Source: Takakia lepidozioides
Taxonomy: Eukaryota > Plantae > Bryophyta
DNA: 64,000 nt
Direction of reading: 5' to 3'
Assembly (NCBI GenBank): GCA_030704615.1
Contig: CM060731.1
Span: 90,334,001-90,398,000, forward strand
The notes below the pieces were generated by a model. The model saw only the letters and a program-made list of their open reading frames with translations, made no database searches and had not been told where the DNA came from. This document shows positions 37,024 to 49,609 of the stretch, in pieces. Each line of letters starts with the position of its first letter. Within the stretch, counting starts at the first letter, position 1. Made by a program: the position numbers and the translations under genes.

Positions 37024-37711
37024 TCTATACAAGTGTGTCGTAACTATCATAGCCGGAATGGGCACTACTCTCCTACACCCTCCGAGGAACTTGCCCCACC
37101 TTCCTCCTCATCCCCCTCATCCCCCCATCCTCTGAGCTATGAGGTGCATCAGTTCCACTATGCCTCTCAAAAATACCGTCCTCTCCTTGGGGGACTGTCC
37201 ACCTCACCTCCTGGGAATCTTCTGCCTCTTCTCCCCCATTTTCCTCAGCTGAATCCAAGACAAAATACTCGAACTCCACATTTTCTCGGATGGGGGTGGG
37301 AGGGTCGAGATGATTCCCCCAACAACGAGGCTGGACGGTCCTCAGTAACATAGTTCTATGCGCTTCCCATCGGGGGCGAGGATCCGGCTCAGGCCGCCCA
37401 AGCCAAAGGGGAGGAAACCTAGGGCGAAGCCGACCCCTCCTAGGGGTTCGGGGGGCACATGCACGTGGAGGTGGAGGTGGAGGTGGTACTGCTGGCGGAG
37501 GAGATGAAAGTGGAGGTGGTTGAGGATGTAATGTCGGAGGTGCAGCCGGGGGTACAACGTCCGGATCAGGTACAACCGGAAGTGGATCAGGCAAAGAAAC
37601 AGACGCGGGGGGGGGGGGCTGCTCGTCGTCGGCCATAACGCCTACAACACCTATGATACCCCTCGACCCTACGCATCTCATCTACGTGCTGTTGGGGGGA
37701 ACCAACTGGTC

Positions 37712-40700
37712 ACATCGGGATGGCGCCGAATTTCCGGTTTCGGTGCCAGCCACCCAAGGGACTTAGCCATTTTCGAGGCCCTGAACTGGAAATTCGGCGC
37801 CATTTTCCCAGGTTGGGGCCGAAAATGGCTAAGTCCCAAAACTGACTGGGCCCGGAAGTGAAAAATGGCGCCGAATTTCCAGTTTCGGTGCCAGACACCC
37901 CAATGACTTAGCCATTTTCGGGGCCCTGGACTGGAAATGTGGCGCCATTTTCCCAGGTTGGGGCCGAGAATGGCTAAGTCCCAGATCTGACTGGGCCTAC
38001 AACTGGAAAAATGGCGCCGAATTTCCAGACTGAGTGCCAGCCACCCCCTGGACAGCCATCCCCCAGGGCCCGAATCCGGAAATTCGGCGCCATTTTTCCA
38101 AGGACTTCTTCAAAACTAATTTTCATGCGCCACATAAGGCCTCTTAAATCCTCGAAATGTAGGGACTAAGAAAGGCATCGCGTATGTACCTGTACAGAAG
38201 GCGCATTGCCGCTTTGTCCGCGTTCGGCTGGTCGGTGAACTCGTGGCTCCGGCGGGCATGGGGGTATCTCTCGAAAGAATAGGTCAGTTTTGTAGAGCAG
38301 AAAGTACCTCGTCACATAGTCGCGTAGGCTCTCTGCTTCACCAAAAATCTTCAGCTTGAACTAATGTGCTTGTGTGTCAAGCTGCTCTTGCGCATTCGTC
38401 GTCACCTATGGACATTCTCCATCAGACCGCTTTCCTCAAAAAATACAATAAATCCATCCGATACAAGAGTAGAAGCCCCAAATGAAGCGTGGGAAAGTAC
38501 CTGAAACCACCATGTCATGCGGTTCATCCACATGTCGAATGTGGGGTCGGACAGTTTGTCGGGTTTGGGGAAGCTCCACATGTCCCTTGTACTTTGGGAA
38601 CCATTCTAGATTTGGAGCCACCGGGTCTGTCCAACCACCCAACATATTAGTAAGCGCCAAACACCACAAAAACGAATTGCTGCCACGACAATTTGGTTAA
38701 GAATGTATAACCTTTTCTATTGCATCCACACAGGATGTGGCTAGATGATGCAGCTTCTCCAATGTCATCGTGGGCTTCAGAGCGCGGGAGTAGTGCTTCC
38801 CCACCTCTACCAGAAAGTCAGCACCAAGGGCGGGATCAGCTATGGCCACGTACTTTACCATCCGCGACTTGTACTTTATGCAGGCCTTCGCCTCCGCAGC
38901 TTTGAGATACAATTCCAGTGCCGGGAGGGTTAGTTTTTTTTTTTCTGACTCCATGTAGAACCTCCACGCATGTGCCAAATCCTGCTGAATTTTCGTCTGT
39001 CAAGTATGTGCAGATATGATTAGAAATCCTGGTCAACACTTTTTCTGCTATTGGGGGAGGAGAGACAGATAAGCTCAACAAAACAGTCAGGAGCTTTACC
39101 CGAAATATGTAGTCCACCATGGCGTCCATGCTCAGCCTATACCAGGTTCTATCTGCCTTTGCCTCCGACTTGTGCAGCAGGTCGGCACTGAGCGAATTGG
39201 CAAACTCTTGGACCCCCTGCTTCCCGACATCCTTCACTCGGAAGAGCATATGGGACAAGTTGGTGGCAATGAAGGCATTCTCAGTCACCCTGCAATGCCA
39301 CATTTCCATTAAACAATACAGAAATGAAAATTTGCAACAAATATGACGATTGGCAATGAAATGACTGTTTCAAATTCAAAGTTCCAAAGCAAGAGGCATT
39401 GTAACTTACGAGTTGATGTCTGCCATTGCCGCTTTGAGAAGACTGCGATCTTTGGGCCCTGCAACCTTGAGCACAACACACTCCACGGCGAAATGCCAAT
39501 CCAGGTCGTTGGGGTGGGCTTGGGCTATGTACTCCATCCATGCCAGGAGGCGATGATTGCCGTCCCACACGTAAAACATCTTTCCGGACAAGTGCTGGAA
39601 AAGAGGATCAGTAGCAATCAATCTCTCGAACTCCTCATTTCGCCTTTGCCAATGGGGACCCCATTTGTCCACCTCATCGGCAGTGTGGGCACGAGAAGCT
39701 CCGTGGTCGTTCTCCATGGAAACGTAAATCGCGGCAGACCCCATTCGATATCCCTCCCGGAAAGAGAATTTCAGCTTGTCGATATCGCCTGGGAGGGCAG
39801 GTCTCACCACCTGCAATGAAACCAAGCGGCAAAGGGGAATCTGAAGCTTGGCCGGGTACACCATGCCCCCCAGGACCCTGCCAATGTTGCTGTGGGTTGC
39901 CTCCAACATCTTGGCAGCGGCCAACTTCATATCCGCCTCCGACATGACGTCTGTTGCAAGGGGGTTCTCCGGCAGCCCACCCGGATCGCCAAATCCAGCC
40001 TGTATGCTCCGGGTTTGGGGCCTGGGGATGTCCGGGAGGATGTCATCCTGGTCAGAAAGCTCCCTCTTGTCATCCTCAACATGGTCAACCACCGCCGGAA
40101 CCACCTCGAGCACTCTCCTCGTCTCTACTGCCCTCTCCCCGGCTTCACCTTGAACTTCCACAATCCGTGCTCTTTGTGGTGTTCTTTCCCCTCCTTCAGT
40201 CTCCACCGTATGGGTAATTTGGTGGGCTGCTCCCACCCGCGATGGTGTAACCGGTGTGTTACTGCCTGTTTGTGGTGTCTTGGAGGGATCCACCGTCTCT
40301 GTGCGTCCCTCGCTTACATGGGCATCTGTCATTTCGACACCCCTGGCCTCTTCAGTGGCCTTTTCTCTTGCCTCCTGGCTAGCCTTTTGTCTCGACTGTT
40401 CTTTTGCCCTCTCATGGGCCTTATGTTTCTTACTAGGGGTAGCAGCAGGGGAGGCCTCTAGGACGACCACCTTTGATTGAGGCGAACTGACACCCTCACG
40501 CGCCCTGCTCACTCCCCCTTCCGCAGCCCGTGACGGCTCTCTCACCGGGGATTGCATGTGCTTGGCTTTCTTCTTCTTCTTTGCGTGGGCGGGCCCTACT
40601 GCATGTGCATCAACTTCCTCCATTGCCGGATCTGCTGTCCTCATCTGACACCCTTCACCTGCCATGCCGCCTGCACCAACCTCCCGAATGCATATTCTGT

Positions 40701-42100
40701 CGTACTCTCGCTGCAGGTCCTCCCGTCCACCAACAAAAGGATTTAGTTTGCCCTCCCGCCCCAAGTTGGGCGATCCAAACATGCGATGAGTAGCGGCTTT
40801 TGGAGTGACTGCTCGAGCAGTTGGAGCTGTTGATGATACCACCAGCGTGTCGGGCTCGTCGTCACTCTGTCATCCCCAACAATCGTGAGAACCAACATCG
40901 CAATGAAAACCACCATCGCAACGAGCATCGCAACAATCGTGGAACAACAATGAAAACAAAAAACCAAGTATGGAGTGGCATGGAACAACAATGAAAACAA
41001 ACCCAAGCAATCCCTAAGAATCACATGCAGAAGCAGCCTTTTCCAGAGCTGCCGGCTTTGCACATGCATTGTAAACTATCTAAGGTTTACTCAACCAGTA
41101 ACTTGCTGAAATCAACATGAAAATTTAAGGACGATTTCGATAAGACGGGAAAAGAGGGTGAAATGTTTTGAAGGCACTTCATCTGCCCAGACAATCTCCT
41201 CAGCTCAGCATGGATTCCCTTAATTTTGGGATGCAACCTGTCATCTACAGCGAAGGTGTGCACCCTATTGCCAATCTCAATGCAGCAACGACGTGGCTCT
41301 AACCCCTCTGACCTTCATCATTCTTCTCACCAACTCCTGCTTTTGCATCGACTTGGCTCCTTTCTAACCCGTCTGACCTTGATCATTCATCTCACCAACT
41401 CGTGCTTTTGCGATGCAACCATGCACTTCCAGGACTGCCAGGCTGAAGATGCCAAAACAAAAAAACAAAAAAACGAGGAAGACCAACATGTTACACAAAG
41501 CAAAAGAGGAAGGGGCTTGCCTGAGAGTGCTCGGCTTCACTTGGCGCGGGCTGTGAGCAAGACAATGGGATCTCCTGTTGGAGCTTCAGTTTGGCCATGC
41601 GAGAGGTTGGACGCCGCCCGTAGTACAAAGCCTTCAGCTTCGGCCGCGGTCTGGGTGTGGGGTTTCTCTCAGGAGAGCCACACCCTTCTCCACGCGGCAT
41701 AAGCCCCAGAAAAAGAAAAAATCTCTCGAGGTATGCGTGCGTACATGCCTCGAATGGAACTTCATCCAAGCGTCACATCAGGTATCGAAGGCGTATCCGG
41801 GAAGCAAGCGCGGAATCCTTGTGGAACATCCGGTTCAAAACCGACGGCGGAGAACATTTAATGCGCAACTGCGCCATTAAATGTCGTAGGTATGGAGGTC
41901 GGCCACAGGCGCCGACAGGCCCACCCTCCCCCCGAGACTTCATCAGTCGCCTGCTGGATGGAAAAAACGGCGCCGAATTTCCATCCAGCAGATGAAGTAG
42001 GACGCAACGTGGCCCTCCCTCCGCCCGAGCCGTTTTCATCCACGAGACGCGGGATGGAAAAGTCCATCCTGCAGGTAATTCGGAGCGAATTTCCATCCTA
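37712..42100 (-). pseudogene. 5' half of the ParB-MTase gene with intron array (37712-38100) and promoter array remnant
   Basis: ORF 39406-40842 carries an uninterrupted ParB domain; ATG at 41700; longer PPR E/E+ fragment at about 41070-41400. Confidence 0.8.
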
Positions 42101-42104
42101 CAGG

Positions 42105-44610
42105 CACGAGCCTGACGGGCTCTAATAGCTGTTGCCTCCTCCCTCTTCTTCATTTTCTTGAGGTTTGCCCCGTCTAAAATCTGCTGTACACGACTAGGTT
42201 CGGAAGACCTCCTAATGGACATCGAAGCAGGCCGGGCAGAATAAGTAGGAAGGATGTAGTCCCTTTCTGGACTCGGCATGAAATCCCCCCTGGCAAAAAA
42301 AGGCACGTTCCTCCTGCCCATAAACTACGGTGTAGACGTCCCTCCTGCAGTACTTGGCATCCTACAGTAAGAACAAATTCACTTCAAGAATGTCAATACC
42401 AGCAGAAGCACAAAGGGTCTTTCAATGAAATAAGAGAGCAAAGGGAGGTGCCTCACGAAATCAGGAGGCAACTTACAATGCGACCACTCACTCATAAATC
42501 GGGGGCTCCTCGGCCTCGATCCCAACTTGTACCTCCCCTTGCTCCTTGTCGGATTCTTCCTCATCCTCCAAGGATGCCTCTTCCTCTTTCGGCAGACGTT
42601 TAGCCGCTGCAAGTTCGGAGTTGTGGAGGGCAATATCTGGCTCGAAGGCGAAGACATGCCTGTCGGACAACGTCCTTGCCCACATTGAAGCACCTGATGG
42701 ACAAAGCGGGCAGTTAGTAGCATGCAATTGCAATTGCAATCGGGCCAGGGGACAAATTGTGCACGTGAAGGCTTACCCGTGCCGCATGTGAGATCAAGAA
42801 TCCGCCCTTGGACATCCGAGCACGTCTCCATGAGGGTTTGGATGAAAGCAGGGCTCCGGGTCCGGCTGTACCGCCACGGTTTGCCTGTCTTTGTGTCCTT
42901 TGGCATACTGGAGTGGGGCACATAGTTGTAGAGGACATCGTAGGTAACAGGGTCCACAGCGGCATCAACAAGACGACCGTCGTTGCGGAATTTGAACGTA
43001 GACCCTCTCTTCAAAAAACAATATGCCTCAAACACCAAAGTCTGCACATCCAACAAAAGAGGGATCAACTCTAGGGTCTAGTTCAGATACACCACAATAT
43101 GAAGTGAATGCAATAGATTGATAACTTACACTCTAGCCCTCTGTTCGCAACCCCTGCGTATTGATGCAGAACCATTTTCTGAGGAGGACCGGGGTGACAC
43201 TTTTCGGTGTCCACCTTGCCACAAGATTGTCTGTGGTCTTCCCTCTTGTGGCAAGGACCAAAATACATCCACCGTCATCCAGGAGCATCCCCGCCAGCCC
43301 AAACCCGGCTCTCCAGTAGTCCTCAGTAAACCTGTTCCAGATGGGCACACCATCCAGGCCCTCCAGCAGCTCCCCATCTGGAATGTCAAGGAGAATCATA
43401 TCGCAAGCTCTCTCCACCTCACCCCCCCCCCCGAGTGCTCTTGCAATCCGTGCTCACAGCCGTGAAGAATTCCATCATGGCTTCAAAACCAGGGGTGTCT
43501 TTAGGCTCTGTACTGGGAGCCCTCTTCATGGCTTTCCCCTTCAGCTCCTCCATAGACTTGTTGTGTGCCACCTTCTTCGCCCTGGCAGCCAGAGCGTCAA
43601 GGAAGCTCTCATTGACACATTGGATGATGGTTGGGGGTTCTAGCTTTGGCCTCTGCGGAAATGTCACCGCCGAATACCGCCGTGTAGGCTCGCCCTCAAA
43701 TGCCAACTTCTTGGCAAAACCAGTCCCAGTCCGAACTGACTTGGGAACTCGGACGACTGGTGACTTGGTACCAGTAGTAGCAGTCGCAGGACCTTGCACA
43801 AAGTCGTTGTCGGAGTCACTCCCTTGGGGCCCCTCCTGCGCCTCCTCTGGTGCCCCGGTGGTTTTCTGTTTTTTGGGGGTTACTGTACTCCCCTGTTTCC
43901 GTGTCCTTTTCTTTTGACCTTTATTCTTCTCATTCAATTTCTCTTGAATACCTGCGTGAGCAAGCTCTGCCGCTTTCCTGGACTTGGCAAGCGCTTTCGC
44001 CTCCTTTGGACCTAGCGGAGGCAGCGGAGCCTGGTTTCGTCGGGCCTCCGCATCCAGCTTCAATTGAAACTCGGATGAGTCAAGCGAGCCGGGCGGAAGG
44101 TCCACATACCAAGGGCAGTCGCGCAAATGTTCCAGATGCCACTCCTTCACGATAACGTCAATGTACATGGAGTCAGCCCCAGGGTTCCTCCATGCGAGGA
44201 AGAATGGCGGCTCGAAGGACAGATGACCTTTCTCCAAAAGGGAGAACTTGCAGTACCTGCATTCAAGAAACACACACAGGATGAGGTCCCGGGAACAAGG
44301 TAAATTTTAGGGAATGAAACTGCAAAATAGATGCAAAAATGGCGCCAAACTTCCAGTTTCGGTGCCAGCCACCCCAGGGACTGAGCCATTTTCGGGGCCT
44401 TGAACTGGAAATTCGGCGCCATTTTCCCAGATTGGGGCCGAAAATGGCTAAGTCCTAGAACTGACTGGGCCCGGAACTGGAAAAATGGCGCCGAATTTCC
44501 AGTTTCGGTGCCAGCCACCCCAAGGACTTAGCCATTTTCGGGGCCCTGAACTGAAAATTCGGCGCCATTTTCCCAGATTAGGGCCGAAAATGGCTAAGTC
44601 CCAGAACTGT
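42105..44610 (-). pseudogene. 3' half of the ParB-MTase gene (MTase exons) plus intron array 44335-44610
   Basis: CDMILLDIPDG; LDLTCGTG with intact intron 42694-42776 (G|gtaag..cag|GT); 42226 onward matches window position 1 onward. Confidence 0.8.
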
Positions 44611-44699
44611 CCAAGTTTAGTGAGTAACCAGTCAAAAAAACGCGAAAAACTTGATGCAACGACTAAAAATTGTTGAAGAAGGGCCAATACGGGCGTCTG

Positions 44700-45115
44700 T
44701 GGATGGAAATTCGGCGCCATTTTTCCATCCGGGGGATGTTCTCTGTCGGCCAGGTATCGGCCTCTCCCCCAAAGACGATTTCATCCATGCGCCCTCGGAT
44801 GGAAATTCGGCGCCGTTTTTCCATCCGGGGGATGTTCTCTGTCAGCCAGGTGACGGACTCACCCCCCGAGACGACTTCATCTGTGCGGCCTCGGATGGAA
44901 ATTCGGCGCCGTTTTTCCATCCGGGGGATGTTCTCTGTCGGCCAGGTGTCGGCCTCTCCCCCCGAGACGACTTCATCCGTGCGCCCTCGGATGGAAATTC
45001 GGCGCTATTTTTCCATCCGGGGGATGTTTTCTGTCGGCCAGGTGACGGACTTACCCCCCGAGACGACTTCGTCCGACCGGCCTCAGATGCATATTTGGCG
45101 CTGTTTTTCCATCTG
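44700..45115. repeat. Palindrome array, about 4 x 95-96 bp
   Basis: GGATGGAAATTCGGCGCCGTTTTTCCATCCGGGGGATGTTCTCTG repeated. Confidence 0.9.
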
Positions 45116-46022
45116 GGGGAGCTTCTCTTGCAGGCACGTGGGGCCGTCACCCTCCGATTTGACGTCCTGTCGAAGTAAATTCTGCGCCTCATTCCTGGGT
45201 ACGGTTATATTAAATGGTGCTCTTTTCCTTTGCCACTTGCCCTGTCGCGGCCCTTCGCCTTGAGGGCAGGGGGTCGGGACACAAGAGGGGCTGCCCCTGT
45301 GGTGGGGGCAGTGGCGACAATAGATGCGGGGGCTAAAGCACCCTTGAGTGCCCAAGGCACTCAAGGAGGCGAAGGCGCTCACTAGGTGGAGCCCCGCACA
45401 CCGGGTTGCGGTGGGGGTGGTTCCACGAGGGGTGGTGGTAGCTTACTGGGACTTAGTGGGGGTGGCATAGGACTCACCATGGGGGCGGAGACCTCGTGGT
45501 GGGAGTCGTGGGGAGTCTTGGGACTCATCACGGTCCAATGGGACCGTGGTGAGTGGGCCAAGACTCACCGCGACTCATCACCGGGAATCGAGGGTTTTCG
45601 TGGTGGTTCGCCATAAAATGGCATGGTTGTTTGCGAAACCCCCGCGGACAGTCACAGAAGTATATATAGGGAGTAGTAACCCGAGAACGGTGCAAGCCCG
45701 TTGGTGACCAAAAACTAGTGAGTATGCGTGCGAGCCGGAAAGCGACCAAGGTGTGGGGAGCTATTCCGGACTGCCATCGACCAAAGGGAATTTCCACTAG
45801 GCCCAAATTGGGAGAGGGTCTTGTGGAGGAGTAAAGGGGGACCGTTATGCCCCGGTGAGCAGCCGAAGCTCCGAGTTGGCCCGGCGGCCAGTTAGGGAGT
45901 TAGGCGCGCACATCAAAGCGAGTAACTATGACTTGAAGGGGAGCTTACCGAAGTGAGGTGCGCGACACTTGGTATTAGAGCTTAGAGTTTAGTACGCGAT
46001 CATCCTTGGGATCGGCCTCATC

Positions 46023-49000
46023 ATGGGTTCGGGCAAGCCAAAGTGAAAGCGAAATGGCCCGAAAGATGATGATCCTGGTGAGCCCGATGGAGGCGACGTG
46101 TCACCGAAGCGGCCATTTGAGGAAGCGATGCATGCTTTTGAAAATGAGGCCACTCAAGAACGGGAGGAATCTGAGGAATCGGAGCCCGAGGAATCTGTGA
46201 GAGCTCCGACAGACCAACAGATGCCTCCCATGCCAGCAGCCTTTTGGGAAGGGTTGTTGGCGCAGTTTGGCGGGACGTTGAAAGACGTGTTGAAGGCGAC
46301 TAATATCATTTCCACTAAAGCAAAATTTAAGGTGAAGCCTAAGGAACCCGGCACCTTCGAGGGCGTCCGAAATCGGAAAGCACTCAACACTTGGCTCTTG
46401 GAGCTAGAGCAGTACTTCTGGGCGGCCAAATTGAGTGACGAGGATCGGGTGGAAGTGGCTCCCACCTATTTGAGGGGCTATGCTCAACAACGGTGGCAGA
46501 AACGCCTTCACGACCGAGGTCCAAACCCGGAAACCTTGAACTGGAGTGGGTTCAAGGAACTGATGAAGAGATAGTTTGTGCCCCTCAACGCGTCCTGGCT
46601 TGCCCGGGACAAGATGAGGAATCTGAAGCAAACGGACGACATTTGGGGATATGTTCAGGCTTTCAATGTGCTGTTGCTCGAAGTTGCGGACATGGTAGAA
46701 CCAGAAATGGTCTTCAACTTCATGGCGGGATCTGGCCCCATGGGCCAGACGGAAGTTGGAGGAGAAGCCACCTAAGACTTTGAACGAGGCAATTGAGAGG
46801 GCTGAATGTTTCTCGGATGTCCCTAGGGGCAAAAGACAAGGCTGTACGGAGCTGAACCACAAGAAGACCCGGCGGGAGGGTGACTCTTTTCGACCGGAAA
46901 AGAAGTGGGATAGGCCACGCGGCGACAATGGCACTTGGAAATCGAAGGGAGGGCCTTCACACGCCAAGACGACACCCGGTGCTCCGAGAGGAAAATTAGG
47001 TGCGATGCCTTATGGCGGACAAAAGGCGACCTTCGATGGAGTGTGCTTCAATTGTGGGGAGTCCGGGCACATGGCCAAGAAGTGCACAAATCCGCGACAA
47101 TTGAATATGACTCGGGCAACCACGGAGTTGTCCGAAGCTTCCATCAGCCGCCTGGTGGTCACCAAGACTTGCAAGGTTGGCAACTACTCCTGTGAGTTGT
47201 ATCAGGAAACTGGCGCCTTGCAAAAAGGGAGTCAGTTAATGTTTGTGTGTGGGATAATCTCCGGAACTAACGTGTCATTGTTGGTGGACACAGGAGCATC
47301 GCACTCCTTCATGACACCGGCAACGGCACGGAAGCTAGGACTCCCGACAAGTGACGTGGGGGCCTCTATTGAGGTGCGTTCTGCCAAAGGAGAACCACAG
47401 TTGGCGACAAGGTTGGCGATTGATGTTCCTTCAACTGGGGAGTTGGGAGGGACGTGAAACTTCACCATTGCGAGATCGATGGAGTGGATCTCATTTTGGG
47501 GATGACCTTTTTGAGCAAATCCGGAGCGGTCATAGATGGCCGCAAGAGAGTAGTCACGCTGCCATGTGGGAATGGTGGCGAGGTTTTACGAGTGTCAGAA
47601 ACGCCCAAATCCGTGGGAGGGCGAATAAACCTTATGTCAGCAAAGGAGTGGGCCGTGGAGGAGGCACACGAACCCCAGTTTTTGCTTTACATTAGAGAAG
47701 TGAAGGGAGAAGGCGATGGGGAGCCGAGCCCAGATTGGATCAAGGGGATTTTGGAGAAATACCAGGATGTGATGCCGGAGGATTTACCAAGCGGCTTGCC
47801 ACCGCGAAGAGGAGTTGACCACAAGATTGAGGTGATACCGGGATCGGAACCGCCTGCCAAGGCACCCTACCGGTTGAGCCACAGGGAGTTGGTCGAGCTG
47901 AAGACTCAGCTCAAGGATCTAATGTCAAAGGGGTACATCCGGCCCGAGTAAGTCACCTTACGGAGCCCCGGTGCTATTCGCAGACAAGAAGGATGGGACG
48001 CTGCGGATGTGTGTCGATTACAGGGCTCTGAATAAGGTGACTATCAAAAACCGGTACCCTTTGCCAAGGATCGACGACCTCTTTGATCGGTTGGCAGGAG
48101 CAAAGTATTTCAGCCGGATCGACTTGCGCTCCGGCTATCATCAAATTCGGGTGGCGGAAGGAGATGAGGAGAAGACCGCGTGCAGGACAAGGTATGGTTC
48201 ATATGAGTTCTTGGTGATGCCTTTTGGGCTCACCAATGCACCAGCAACATTTAGCACGCTAATGAACAGCCTTTTTCAGGAGTGGTTGGATGACTTTGTG
48301 ATCGTGTACATCGACGATATCTTGGTGTATTCAAAAACAAAGGAGGAGCACCTGGAGCACCTCCAAAGGGTGTTCCAGAAATTGCGAGAAGGGAAGCTGT
48401 ATGCCAAAGCTTCAAAGTGCGAATTCGGGGTCACGAAAGTGGAGTTCTTGGGGCATGTGATTACACAGGATGGGATCGAAATGGATGACAGAAAGGTGAG
48501 GGCGATCTTGGACTGGGAGCCTCCGACTTCGGTCCCGGGAGTGCGTTCCTTCCTAGGACTCGCCTCGTATTACCGGAAGTCTGTGAGAAATTTTGCCAAG
48601 ATCGTGGGGCCGTTGTCAGACCTTCTGTGTAAATCCAAGGTATGGGTATGGAACACCTTTTGTGGCCAAGCTTTTGCCGAGTTGAAGCAGCGGATGGCGG
48701 AAGCTCCAGTCCTGAAAATCCCGGAGTTCGACCGTCCATTTGAGATTCATACGGATGCGTCGGACTTCGCGATTGGAGGTGTACTCATGCAGGATGGACA
48801 TCCAGTGGCTTATGAAAGTAAGAAACTGAATGAAGTGGAGCGACGGTGGCCAATGCACGAGAAAGAGATGAAGGCGGTGGTGCATTGACTTGAGCTTTGG
48901 CGCCACTATGTTGGTTCCAACCCGGTGAAGGTGATCACGGACAATGTCACTGTGAAATATTTTGCCACGCAGCATAAGTTGTCCCCAAAACAACTTAGGT

Positions 49001-49609
49001 GGCAAGACACTTTAGCGGTGTTTGACGTGGATATCCAATAAAAACCGGGACGGGGCAATGTGGTGGCCGATGCTTTAAGTAGAAAGCAGCAGCTTTGTTA
49101 GTGTACAAGGGCGAGACGACGCTCCAAAGGAAGATCCGGAAGGCTTACCGGAAGGATGAGATGGCGAAGTCCGTGATGCGAGACTTGAGGATAGGGGTTA
49201 ATTTGCAGTTCCACTTGCAAAATGGACTCCTCCGGTACAAGCAAAAGCGTCTCTACGTGCCAAAGGGAGGGATCAGAGATAGTCTCTTAAGAGAATGCCA
49301 TGATGGTCCACTTGCGGGCCACGGCGGAGCCAAGCGCACCGCGGCACTCTTGAAGAAAGAGTATTTCTGGCCCAAACTAAGGGAGGAGGCCGAGGAGTAT
49401 GTCAAGACATGCACCACATGCCAACAAAACCGGAGCGAGTACAAAAAGCAAGCAGGGCTGTTACAACCCTTGCCGATTCCAGAAGGGTCTTGGGAAAGTG
49501 TCTCGATGGATTTCATGACTGCTATGCCGCTGTCAAAAGGATTCGATGCAATCATGGTGGTGGTGGATAGGTTCAGTAAAATGGGCCATTTCATCCCCAC
49601 CAAGGAGAC
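46023..49609 (+). pseudogene. gag-pol of chromovirus copy 1 (5' part)
   Basis: CFNCGESGHMAKKC; LVDTGAS; [14 protein letters not shown]; TDASDFAIG; integrase HHCC; several stops and frameshifts. Confidence 0.92.
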
